Made by a program: the position numbers and the translations under genes
Part shown: positions 40,187-49,551 of the stretch, piece by piece
How positions within the stretch are numbered: position 1 is the stretch's first letter
How the letters are laid out: every line of letters begins with the position of its first letter
Assembly (NCBI GenBank): GCA_904387305.1
Contig: CAJFLB010000013.1
Coordinates: 195-64,194 of the forward strand
Source of the DNA: an uncultured Clostridia bacterium
GTDB taxonomy: Bacteria > Bacillota > Clostridia > TANB77 > CAG-508
Direction: 5' to 3'
Length of the DNA: 64,000 nucleotides
Notes under the pieces: generated by a model
What the model was told of the DNA's origin: nothing
What the model saw: only the letters and a program-made list of their open reading frames with translations
The model's database searches: none

Positions 40187-40440
40187 CAGTAAATCACAAG
40201 GGGAGGGGACATTTATTGTTGAATAGAAAAAAGATTTTTCTATTCAACAAATAAACAATATTGCACAGAAAAATTGCGAAGCAATTTTTCGCGCCGACAA
40301 ATCTTAACGCTTCTTTAAGAACTTAGATAAATAATTTAAATAAGAAAGAGGAGAGAAAGTTCTTAAAAAGCGAGATTTGTCTACCCAAAGAAGAAATGAC
40401 CAAGAGGTAAGGTGTGTCCCCTGTCATTAGAAGAAAGGAA
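40187..40440 (+). repeat. third copy of the uppP-leader element, split by ~185 bp of nested palindromic modules; ends at the nrnA RBS
   Basis: Left half CAGTAAATCACAAGGGGAGGGGACAT (40187-40212). Right half CCAAGAGGTAAGGTGTGTCCCCTGTCATTAGAAGAAAGGAA (40399-40440). Confidence 0.8.
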
Positions 40441-40447
40441 TAAAAAA

Positions 40448-41401
40448 ATGACGTTAGATGATATTTTAGTAGAAATAAAACAAGCAGAAACTATTGTTAT
40501 AATGGCACATGAAACACCGGACGGTGATGCCGTTGGAAGTATGTTATCAATGAATTTGGCTTTAAAGAAAATGGGAAAGAAAGTGGATGTTATTGTAAAA
40601 GAATTTCCAAGAACATTTGCTTTCTTACCAGAAGCGAATACAGTAAAAACGACTTCAGATGTTGAAACATATGATTTAGCCATTTCATTAGATTGTGCTG
40701 ATTTAAAAAGATTGGTTGGAAGAGAATATTTTGAAAAAGCCAAAAAAACAATAGTGATAGATCACCATAGTAGCAATATGATGTATGGAGATTTGAATTT
40801 TGTAAATCCAGTATCTCCTGCTTGTTGTGAAATTTTAGCAGGAATGTTTGAATATTTTGATATTGACATTGATGCAGACATAGGAAGTTGTATTGTAACA
40901 GGGATTATTACAGATACAGGTGGATTTAAATATTCTAGTGTAACAGCAGAAACGTTTGAGTTTACAGCAGAATTATTAAGAAAAGGTGTGAACATATCTG
41001 ATATTTATCAAAGAGTATTAGAAACCAGAAGAAAATCTAATTTTGAATTATTAAGAAGAGCAATGAACCGATTAGAACTTTTGGAAGAGGAAAAAATTGC
41101 ATTTACATATATTACTAAAAAAGATGAAGAGGACGTACATGCAGAACCAGGAGACCATGAAGGAATTGTTGAAAATGGAAGAAGTATAGAAGGTGTTAAA
41201 GTATCTGTATTTATACGTGAAAAAGAAGAAAATCTATATAAAGTTTCTATGAGAACAGGAAATGGTTCAAATATTAATGTTTCTGACATTTGCTATATTT
41301 TTGGCGGTGGAGGACATCCAAGAGCAGCAGGAGCAGTAGTAACAGGAACAGTTGAACAAGTAAAAGAAAAATTAATAAAAGAAATAAAGAAAGTGTTATA
41401 A
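40448..41401 (+). CDS. nrnA: DHH-family bifunctional oligoribonuclease / pAp phosphatase NrnA
   Basis: HETPDGDAVGS, DHH (IDHHSSN), GGGHPRAAG DHHA1 motif. Confidence 0.88.
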   Translation: MTLDDILVEIKQAETIVIMAHETPDGDAVGSMLSMNLALKKMGKKVDVIVKEFPRTFAFLPEANTVKTTSDVETYDLAISLDCADLKRLVGREYFEKAKKTIVIDHHSSNMMYGDLNFVNPVSPACCEILAGMFEYFDIDIDADIGSCIVTGIITDTGGFKYSSVTAETFEFTAELLRKGVNISDIYQRVLETRRKSNFELLRRAMNRLELLEEEKIAFTYITKKDEEDVHAEPGDHEGIVENGRSIEGVKVSVFIREKEENLYKVSMRTGNGSNINVSDICYIFGGGGHPRAAGAVVTGTVEQVKEKLIKEIKKVL

Positions 41402-41483
41402 TCAGTATTTGGTATATATAATGAGAAAAATTAAACTTTAAGAAATTTCCTTAAAATTTATCTAAATAAAAAAGAGGTTAAAT

Positions 41484-42344
41484 ATGAATGGAATAATAAT
41501 TGTTAATAAATCAAAAGGATATACATCTCATGATATTGTAGCAAAAGTAAAAAAAATAACAGGAGAGAAAGTGGGCCACACAGGTACATTAGATCCACTA
41601 GCAACAGGTGTATTGCCATTATTAATTGGAAAAGGAACGTTGTGTTCTAAATATTTAATGAATCATGATAAAACCTATAAAGTGGTTTTAAAATTAGGAA
41701 TAAAAAAAAGTACAGGGGATGAAGAAGGAGATACTATACAAGAAGAAACTGTTAATGAGAGATTATTAGAAAACGAAGAAGTAAGAAATGTTTTAGAAAG
41801 TTTTCTAGGAAAACAAGAACAAATTCCACCTATCTATTCTGCTATCAAAGTAAATGGAAAAAAACTATATGAATATGCCAGAAAAGGACAAGAGGTAGAA
41901 ATTAAGCCAAGAAGGATAACCATATACGATATAAAATTATTAAAAATAAATAAAGCAAGTTCTGAAATTCAATTTGAAGTCAGTTGTTCAAAAGGTACAT
42001 ATATCAGAAGTTTGTGTGAAGATATTGCAAAAAAAATGGGAACAGTTGGATATATGAAAGAATTACAAAGAACGAAAGTGGGAATATTTACAGTAGAACA
42101 GTCTGTATTGTTTGAAGATTTAACTAAAGAAACCATTGAAAAACATATGATAACTATTGAAAAGTTATTTAAAAGTTTAGAAGTCATTAATTTAAGTGAG
42201 AGAAAGTTACAACTATTTTTTAATGGTGTAAAATTAAGTTTCGATTTAGAAGATGGAATTTATAAAATATATAGTAATCAAAAATTTATAGGAATCGGTA
42301 TTGTAAAAGATAAACTATTGAAAAGAGATATTGTTCTTAATTAA
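41484..42344 (+). CDS. truB: tRNA pseudouridine(55) synthase
   Basis: GIIIVNKSKGYTSHDIV...GHTGTLDPLATGVLPLLIG catalytic Asp motif. Confidence 0.93.
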   Translation: MNGIIIVNKSKGYTSHDIVAKVKKITGEKVGHTGTLDPLATGVLPLLIGKGTLCSKYLMNHDKTYKVVLKLGIKKSTGDEEGDTIQEETVNERLLENEEVRNVLESFLGKQEQIPPIYSAIKVNGKKLYEYARKGQEVEIKPRRITIYDIKLLKINKASSEIQFEVSCSKGTYIRSLCEDIAKKMGTVGYMKELQRTKVGIFTVEQSVLFEDLTKETIEKHMITIEKLFKSLEVINLSERKLQLFFNGVKLSFDLEDGIYKIYSNQKFIGIGIVKDKLLKRDIVLN

Positions 42345-42455
42345 AAATTATAGGTTAACTTATCACTTGTGCATTAGACTGAATTACAAACAATAAGTTC
42401 TATAAATATAATCACCTTAATATACTTAAAGTAGAAAAGTATATGAGGTGATTTT

Positions 42456-43286
42456 ATGTATTATATAAAAGAAACTGACAAGCCTAGTAAAATAGCTGAA
42501 TGGTTAAATATTGTAAAATTAGATAATGATATGATTATTCTACCAATAACAGAGACAAGTCTAGATGAAAAAACGGCATATAAGTTAGCAATTAAGACAA
42601 AAACTATTTTAGATAAAACAAATAGTAAAAAACTAGTATTAAGTAAAAAGGTCAAACAACAGGAAGCTTATATGAATTATCTATATTCATATAATTATGA
42701 AATTGTAGACGGAAGATGGTTATTTCAAATGTTACTTTTTGATGTTTTAGAATACATAATTAAAAAGTTAAAGATAAAAGAGGAAGAGATAAAGATTGGA
42801 ATTTTAGTAAATGATATTTCAGATTTAGCAATTTATGCAATTGAAAAATTGGTTACAAAATATAAATATGTGAAAATTGTTACGAATCATATTGATTGTT
42901 TCAAAAATATCGAAGAGAAAATATCAGAAGAGCAGGGAATTTTTATTAATGTAGGAAATAATAAAAGGAAAATATTATCCAAAACCAACATCATATTGAA
43001 TTTAGACTTTCCAACAGAATTGATAAACCGATACACAATCTATAATACAGCAGTGATTATCAATTTTAAAGGAAATGTAAAAATAACAAATAAACGATTT
43101 AATGGGATAAATATTAATGATTATGAAGTTAATTGGAAAAACAATCCTCACTTGGAAAAGTTTGCAGCAAAAGATATATATGAAGCAACACAGTACAAAA
43201 ATAAACCATTAGAAGAAACTTTTAAACAAGTAAAAAGAGATATTGTAACAATTCAATGTTTAAAAGGAATGAAGACAATTATTTAA
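42456..43286 (+). CDS. hypothetical protein (276 aa)
   Basis: GAGGTGA RBS and a long ORF with compositional bias like neighbouring genes. No recognisable motif. It sits where ribF usually follows truB. Confidence 0.55.
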   Translation: MYYIKETDKPSKIAEWLNIVKLDNDMIILPITETSLDEKTAYKLAIKTKTILDKTNSKKLVLSKKVKQQEAYMNYLYSYNYEIVDGRWLFQMLLFDVLEYIIKKLKIKEEEIKIGILVNDISDLAIYAIEKLVTKYKYVKIVTNHIDCFKNIEEKISEEQGIFINVGNNKRKILSKTNIILNLDFPTELINRYTIYNTAVIINFKGNVKITNKRFNGININDYEVNWKNNPHLEKFAAKDIYEATQYKNKPLEETFKQVKRDIVTIQCLKGMKTII

Positions 43287-43310
43287 AAAATGCTACTAAT
43301 ATGAAATTTT

Positions 43311-43566
43311 TTAATTCATTGTTACAATTCACAGCTTTAAATAGATGCTAATTAGAATGTTGATATATAAATATTTTTAAAGCTACCCTTCATTATGTTT
43401 AACAAATTTTAATGATAAAGCCATAACAATACCCGGAAACAGAACCTTTTATGGCTTTATCTTAAGAATTTGTAAAACAATTTCGGTCGCATTCCAAATT
43501 CTTTAAAAATATTTATATATCAACATTCTATAAAATGCTATTGGCTGTAAATAGTAACAATTCATT
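43311..43566. repeat. ~255-bp nested palindrome: perfect 30-bp inverted repeats (43353-43382 / 43501-43530) around a conserved ~115-bp core
   Basis: TAGAATGTTGATATATAAATATTTTTAAAG and its exact reverse complement. The core CTACCCTTCAT..TGTTTAACAAATT...CCATAACAATACCCGGAAACAG.ACC...CGGTCGCATTC is shared with 62224-62340. Confidence 0.85.
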
Positions 43567-43703
43567 ACATTTCAAAATAAAAATTTAATCAAATACTTTC
43601 CTTTTTTTATAAAATATAATATAATGTAGATATCGATTTTCTGAAGCTTGAATAAGCATGAAAATAGGAAAATACAAAATGAAATTGGCAAGGAGGTAAA
43701 CAT

Positions 43704-46349
43704 ATGCCAAGTAGTAATAGAAGAAGCAGTGATAGAGAAACAACAAGAAAATATAATATGAAGAACGCAAAGAAAAGAAGGAAATCAAATTCAGCTAATA
43801 AAAGAGACACAAGAGCAACAAAAAGAATATCAATGCAAAATACCAATAGAAAAGGTAAGGGAAAAAAATCAAAAAACAGTGAAGGAAAATTTTCAGCAAG
43901 ACACCCAAAATTAATGAAGGCAATTAAAATTTTTATATTAGTATTTTTATTATTATGTGTCATTGGAGCAGGTGTTGTAGCAGGTGTATTTTTTGGACTA
44001 TTTGGTGATGATTTTGAAATTACCAAAGAAGAGCTAACGATTGGTGCTGCTAACTCTGTTGTTGTAGACCAAAATGGTGCGGTCATTGCAGAATTAAGTG
44101 GTGATGAGAAAAGAAAAATTATTACCCTTGAAGATATGGCAGAATATTTACCAAAAGCGTATGTAGCCATGGAGGATGAAAGATTTTATCAACACAATGG
44201 TGTAGATATAAAAAGAACAGCAGGTGCTATTTTAAATACTCTACTAGGAAATAGTTCATATGGTGGAAGTACCATTACACAACAGTTAGTAAAAAATATT
44301 ACGCAAGATGACGAGAGAAGTGGTATAGCAGGTATCATGAGAAAAGTAAGAGAATGGGCAAAAGCATACCAAGTAGAAAGAATGATATCTAAAGACCAAA
44401 TCTTAGAGTTATATTTAAATATATTATATGTTGGTGGAGAAGGAAATTTACATGGTGTTGAATTAGGTGCAGAATACTATTTTAGCAAAAGTGCAAAAGA
44501 TTTAACATTAGCAGAATGTGCCTATATGGCAGGAATCAATAGTTCTCCAAGTAGATATAATCCATTTAATGAAACAACAGATAATACAGAATTAATTAAA
44601 AAACAAACAAAAGTTGCTTTAAATAAAATGAATGAATTAGGATATATCAATAGTCAAGAAGAATATGATGCAGCCATTGCAGAAGTTGATGCAGGATTAA
44701 ATTTCCAAAAAGGAGCAATCGCGACTACTTCCTCATATTCATATCACACAGAAGCTGTTTTAGACCAAGTCATTGACCAAGTTATGGAAGAAAAAGGATG
44801 GTCTCAACAATTAGCAGAAAACTATGTATATAGTAGTGGACTTACGATTTATTCAACAGTAGATACTAATATCCAAACACAAATGGAAGAGGAATTTGCA
44901 AAAGATAAATATATTGTTGCTGGAAGAGCAACTGATAGTGAAACTGGAGAGAAAAAGAACGACCATTCACAAGCAGCAATGGTAGTGATTGATTATAAAA
45001 CTGGAAATGTTGTAGGAACAGTTGGAGGATTAGGAGAAAAAACAGAAAGTAGAGGATTAAATAGAGCAACACAAAGTGTTAGACAAACAGGTTCTTCTAT
45101 TAAACCAATTGCAGTTGTAGCACCAGCATTACAAGAAAAAGTCATAACAGCAGCAACAGCATATATGGATCAACAAACAGACTTTGGAAATTATGTTCCT
45201 AAAAATCAAAGTGGAACATATAGCAATGATTCAGTAAATATACGATATTTTATTGCAAAATCTTTAAATGTACCAGCAGTTAAAATTATGAGAGAATTAA
45301 CTCCAAGTAAATCAATAGAATATCTAAACAAAATGGGACTTAGTCATATTAATGCAGATGAAGATGCAGATTTATCATTAGCATTAGGAGGAACAACCAA
45401 TGGAGCAACACCATTAGAAATGGCAGCAGCATATAGTACAATTGCAAATGATGGTGTATATATCACACCAACATTCTATACAAAAGTGTTAGACTCTAGT
45501 GGTAATACGGTATTAACACCAAAACAAGAACAAACAAGAGTGATATCCGAACAAAATGCTTATATTGTGAAATCTATATTACAAGAACCTGTAAAATCTG
45601 GAGGAACAGCAACATATTGTGCAATTAGTGGAATGGATGTAGCGGCAAAAACAGGAACGACAGATGATGATTATGATAGATGGCTATGTGGATTTACACC
45701 ATATTATGCAGCATCATGTTGGTTTGGATATGATCAACCAGAAACAGTTTATTATTCAGGAAATAACCCAGCTGGTGTTCTTTGGGATAATGTCATGACA
45801 ACAATTCATGAAGATTTAGAAAATGCAACATTTACAAGACCAAGCGGTATAGTAGAACAAACAGTATGTAGAACTACAGGATGTTTAGCAACAACAGGAT
45901 GTAATAACAAATATACAGAAATTTTCACACAAGACAATTTACCAGAACAATGTGAAGGACATGGAAGTCAGACAATTTGTTCTGAATCAGGATTAGTGGC
46001 AACAGAATATTGTTCACAATATTGTGACGTTAGACAAAATTATTATGGTGAAGTTATTCCTAAAGAACAATTAGGATTGTGGACGCCAGTGAATGGAGCA
46101 AGTTCATCAGGAACAAGAATAAATGGAGTATGTACATTGCATACAGAACCAAAACCAGAAGAACCTCCAAAAAATACGACACCACCTACAAATACAGCGA
46201 ATACAACAAACTCAACAGGAGAAAATACAACAGGAGGCGGAAATACAACAGGAGAAGAGCCATCAGGAGGCGGAGAAAATCCTCCAAGTGGTGGTAATAG
46301 TACAGGAGAAAACGGAAATACAACACCACCAGAAAATGTAGTTCAGTAA
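43704..46349 (+). CDS. class A penicillin-binding protein (transglycosylase/transpeptidase, PBP1A type)
   Basis: Basic N-terminal tail, a TM helix, GT51 motifs (EDERFYQHNGVD, GGSTITQQLVKN), transpeptidase STGSSIKP and KTGTT motifs, and a Thr/Asn/Gly-rich C-terminal tail. Confidence 0.92.
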   Translation: MPSSNRRSSDRETTRKYNMKNAKKRRKSNSANKRDTRATKRISMQNTNRKGKGKKSKNSEGKFSARHPKLMKAIKIFILVFLLLCVIGAGVVAGVFFGLFGDDFEITKEELTIGAANSVVVDQNGAVIAELSGDEKRKIITLEDMAEYLPKAYVAMEDERFYQHNGVDIKRTAGAILNTLLGNSSYGGSTITQQLVKNITQDDERSGIAGIMRKVREWAKAYQVERMISKDQILELYLNILYVGGEGNLHGVELGAEYYFSKSAKDLTLAECAYMAGINSSPSRYNPFNETTDNTELIKKQTKVALNKMNELGYINSQEEYDAAIAEVDAGLNFQKGAIATTSSYSYHTEAVLDQVIDQVMEEKGWSQQLAENYVYSSGLTIYSTVDTNIQTQMEEEFAKDKYIVAGRATDSETGEKKNDHSQAAMVVIDYKTGNVVGTVGGLGEKTESRGLNRATQSVRQTGSSIKPIAVVAPALQEKVITAATAYMDQQTDFGNYVPKNQSGTYSNDSVNIRYFIAKSLNVPAVKIMRELTPSKSIEYLNKMGLSHINADEDADLSLALGGTTNGATPLEMAAAYSTIANDGVYITPTFYTKVLDSSGNTVLTPKQEQTRVISEQNAYIVKSILQEPVKSGGTATYCAISGMDVAAKTGTTDDDYDRWLCGFTPYYAASCWFGYDQPETVYYSGNNPAGVLWDNVMTTIHEDLENATFTRPSGIVEQTVCRTTGCLATTGCNNKYTEIFTQDNLPEQCEGHGSQTICSESGLVATEYCSQYCDVRQNYYGEVIPKEQLGLWTPVNGASSSGTRINGVCTLHTEPKPEEPPKNTTPPTNTANTTNSTGENTTGGGNTTGEEPSGGGENPPSGGNSTGENGNTTPPENVVQ

Positions 46350-46369
46350 TTAAAAACACCAAGATAAGA

Positions 46370-46400
46370 TTGAGATGTGAATTTTTTCACATCTCAATTT
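46370..46400 (+). terminator. terminator hairpin after the PBP gene
   Basis: TTGAGATGTGA / TCACATCTCAA stem with a short T-run. Confidence 0.6.
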
Positions 46401-46457
46401 AAAACAAGAAAGAATGATAAAATAGAACATATTTTACAAGAAAGGAATGATGAAACA

Positions 46458-47855
46458 GTGGATATATATCTATATAATACATTAACAAAAGAAAAAGATC
46501 TATTTAAGCCAATCAATGAAAAAGAAGTTAAAATATATTCATGTGGACCAACTGTATACAAAGATGCAACCATTGGAAATATGAGAACAAACATATTTCA
46601 AGATGTTTTAAGAAGAATGTTAAAATATAATGGATATACAATTAAGCATGTCATGAATATAACAGATGTAGGGCATTTGGTTTCTGATGGAGACGAAGGA
46701 GAGGATAAGATGATTAAATCAGCTAGAGAAGAACATAAAACACCATTAGAAATAGCAGAGCATTACACAAAATTATTTTTTGATGATTTAAAAGATTTAA
46801 ATATAGAGATTCCAGAAGTGATTTGTAAAGCAACAGAGTACATTCCAGAAATGTTAGAATATGTAAAAGAACTTGTAGAAAAAGGATATGCTTATGAAAC
46901 ATCAACTGCTATCTATTTTGATGTTTCTAAATTAGATAAATACCCAGTTTTATCAAATTTAAATGTAGAAGAGCAAAAAGCAGGAGCAAGAGTGGATGTG
47001 GATCCAGAAAAGAAAAATCCATATGATTTTGCTTTATGGATAAAAGCACCAGAAAATCATTTGATGAAATGGGATAGCCCATGGGGACCAAGTTATCCAG
47101 GATGGCATATTGAATGTTCAGCCATGTCTAGAAAGCATTTAGGAGAACAATTTGATATTCATACAGGAGGAATTGATTTAATACCAACACACCATGAAAA
47201 TGAAATTGCACAAAGTAAAGGCGTTTGTGGTAAAATACTAGCTAACTATTGGATACATGGAGAATATCTATTAATTAACGGTGGTAAAATGTCAAAAAGC
47301 TTAGGTAATGTTTACTTATTAAAAGATATTAAAGAAAAAGGATATGACCCATTGGTATATAAATTGTTATGCTATACATCTAGTTATAGAAATAAATTAA
47401 ACTTTACATGGGAAGGAATAGAAGCATCTTCAAAATCATTAGAAAGATTAAGAAATGGTTATCAAGCAAATAAAAATGGAACAGATACTTTAGATGAAGA
47501 AGATAGAAAAGAACTAGATAGATTAGAAAATGAATTCCATAAAGCGATTAATGATGATATGAATATGCCTTTAGCTATGAGTTTTGTATGGGAAGTGATA
47601 AAATATCCTAAAAAATCACCAGAAATTGCAGAATTATTATTAAAATTTGATACAGTATTAGGAATTAAAATTGATAAAGAAGAAGCAAATAAAGAAATAG
47701 AAATTCCAGAAGAAGTGTTAAAACTTGTAGAAGAAAGAAAACAAGCAAGACAAGAAAAAAATTGGGCAGAGTCAGATAGATTAAGAGATTTAATCAAAGA
47801 AAAAGGATATGAAGTAAAAGATACAAAAGACGGAATGATATTAAATGCTCAATAA
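46458..47855 (+). CDS. cysS: cysteine-tRNA ligase
   Basis: CGPTVYKDATIGNMRT, HIEC, KMSKSLGN motifs. Start placed at GTG 46458 (MDIYLYNTLTKEKDLF) because the upstream part of the track ORF overlaps the PBP terminator. The start is uncertain. Confidence 0.9.
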   Translation: MDIYLYNTLTKEKDLFKPINEKEVKIYSCGPTVYKDATIGNMRTNIFQDVLRRMLKYNGYTIKHVMNITDVGHLVSDGDEGEDKMIKSAREEHKTPLEIAEHYTKLFFDDLKDLNIEIPEVICKATEYIPEMLEYVKELVEKGYAYETSTAIYFDVSKLDKYPVLSNLNVEEQKAGARVDVDPEKKNPYDFALWIKAPENHLMKWDSPWGPSYPGWHIECSAMSRKHLGEQFDIHTGGIDLIPTHHENEIAQSKGVCGKILANYWIHGEYLLINGGKMSKSLGNVYLLKDIKEKGYDPLVYKLLCYTSSYRNKLNFTWEGIEASSKSLERLRNGYQANKNGTDTLDEEDRKELDRLENEFHKAINDDMNMPLAMSFVWEVIKYPKKSPEIAELLLKFDTVLGIKIDKEEANKEIEIPEEVLKLVEERKQARQEKNWAESDRLRDLIKEKGYEVKDTKDGMILNAQ

Positions 47856-47863
47856 AAAAATAA

Positions 47864-48108
47864 AGTTCTAATGCAAAGATTCAACCGTATGATAGCAGTA
47901 ATATATCCTATAAAGCCATTCACGATTTTGTATAAGCTAAATTTTCGTAGAAATGACACAATAAAAATGTGAGCCGCTTTCATTAAAAATGAACATCCCT
48001 CACATTTTTATTGGTTCTTTCTAACTTCAAATTTAGATACGCAAAATCGATTCATTTTTTATAGGATATATTACTGCTATCATACGGTTGAATCTTTGAA
48101 TTGGAATC
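47864..48108. repeat. ~245-bp nested palindrome between cysS and galE with perfect 41-bp arms (47874-47914 / 48058-48098)
   Basis: CAAAGATTCAACCGTATGATAGCAGTAATATATCCTATAAA and its exact reverse complement, with two further imperfect inner arm pairs and a small apical hairpin. Confidence 0.88.
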
Positions 48109-48200
48109 TAAGAATTTACTATTTTTTAAAATAAGCTTGTACTTTGAGAAATATCGTAATATAATATAAGCGTAAATAATAAAAAGAAAGGAATGATTTT

Positions 48201-49205
48201 ATGGCAATATTATTACCAGGAGGAGCTGGATTTATTGGAAGTCATACAGCAGTAGAATTATTAAATGCAGGAAAAGAAATTATTATTATAGATGATTTTT
48301 CTAATAGCAAACCAAGTGTATTAGATGCAATTAAGAAAATAACAGGAAAAGATTTTAAATTTTATGAAATGAATTATATGGATAGAGAAAAACTAGAAAA
48401 AGTTTTTGAAGAAAATGAGATAGAAGCAGTTATCAATTTTGCTGGATTTAAAGCAGTAGGAGAATCTGTTCAAAAACCAATTGAATATTATACAAATAAT
48501 ATTTCAGGAGCATTAGTTGTATTAGATACCATGAGAAAATATAATTGTAAAACATTTATATTTAGCTCATCAGCAACTGTATATGGAGATCCAGAAACCA
48601 TTCCAATAACAGAAGAATGTAAAACTGGAGGAACAACAAATCCATATGGTACAAGTAAATTATTCATTGAACAAATTTTAAAAGATACTTACCATTCAGA
48701 CAATACATGGAATATATGTATATTAAGATATTTCAATCCAGTAGGAGCACATGAAAGTGGATTAATTGGAGAAGAACCACAAGGAATACCAAATAACTTA
48801 ATGCCATATGTTGTGCGTGTTGCAGCAGGAACTTTACCAGAGTTATCTGTATTTGGAAATGACTATGATACACCAGATGGAACAGGTGTTAGAGATTATA
48901 TTCATGTTGTTGATTTAGCAAAAGGACATGTAAAAGCTTTAGAAAAATTAGAAAAAGAAAAAGAAGGATTATATATTTACAATTTAGGAACAGGAAAAGG
49001 ATATAGTGTATTAGATATGGTGAAAGCATTTGAAAAGGCAACAGGCAAAAAAGTACCATATAAAATTACAGCAAGAAGAGAAGGAGACATTGCAACTTGT
49101 TATGCAGACCCTAAAAAGGCAAAAGAAGAATTAGGCTGGACAGCAGAAAAAACACTAGAAGATATGTGTCTAGATTCATGGAATTATATTCAGACAACAA
49201 AATAG
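48201..49205 (+). CDS. galE: UDP-glucose 4-epimerase
   Basis: [10 protein letters not shown] Rossmann motif, [13 protein letters not shown] catalytic motif, 334 aa. Confidence 0.93.
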   Translation: MAILLPGGAGFIGSHTAVELLNAGKEIIIIDDFSNSKPSVLDAIKKITGKDFKFYEMNYMDREKLEKVFEENEIEAVINFAGFKAVGESVQKPIEYYTNNISGALVVLDTMRKYNCKTFIFSSSATVYGDPETIPITEECKTGGTTNPYGTSKLFIEQILKDTYHSDNTWNICILRYFNPVGAHESGLIGEEPQGIPNNLMPYVVRVAAGTLPELSVFGNDYDTPDGTGVRDYIHVVDLAKGHVKALEKLEKEKEGLYIYNLGTGKGYSVLDMVKAFEKATGKKVPYKITARREGDIATCYADPKKAKEELGWTAEKTLEDMCLDSWNYIQTTK

Positions 49206-49237
49206 TAAAAAGGGAAATTGGGGACGGACTCATTTTT

Positions 49238-49268
49238 TGTCCAATTGGGGACGTTTCTGTTTGGGACA
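49238..49268 (+). repeat. 31-bp GGGAC element, left copy of an inverted pair (235-bp cargo); preceded by a partial copy at 49216-49226
   Basis: TGTCCAATTGGGGACGTTTCTGTTTGGGACA. Confidence 0.92.
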
Positions 49269-49503
49269 TTTTTAAAAAATTCTATAAAATAAAAATAATA
49301 TATAATAAAAATTTATTACATTCCTCGGCTAACATTACATCATAAAGAAAAATTAAAGGTATCTAATAGGCACCTCTCAAAGCAAGATTTGAGATTCTCC
49401 TATTAGATACCTTAATTTTTTCTAATATGATTTCATTCACATTCGTCATTTCATAAATTTTTATTATATATGATTTTTATAAAATTAAATATTTACATAA
49501 AAA

Positions 49504-49534
49504 TGTCCCAAACAGAAACGTCCCCAATTGGACA
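49504..49534 (-). repeat. 31-bp GGGAC element, right copy of the pair
   Basis: TGTCCCAAACAGAAACGTCCCCAATTGGACA. Confidence 0.92.
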
Positions 49535-49551
49535 AAAACGGGTTTCTTTTT

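Noticed and set aside
46079-46341. Two overlapping 72-aa ORFs at the end of the PBP gene
   Set aside because: They are alternative-frame readings of the repetitive Thr/Asn/Gly tail.
46350-46457. Possible T-box leader upstream of cysS
   Set aside because: The spacer is only about 100 nt and is mostly occupied by the PBP terminator hairpin. There is no AGGGTGGNACCGCG-like T-box sequence or specifier-loop architecture.
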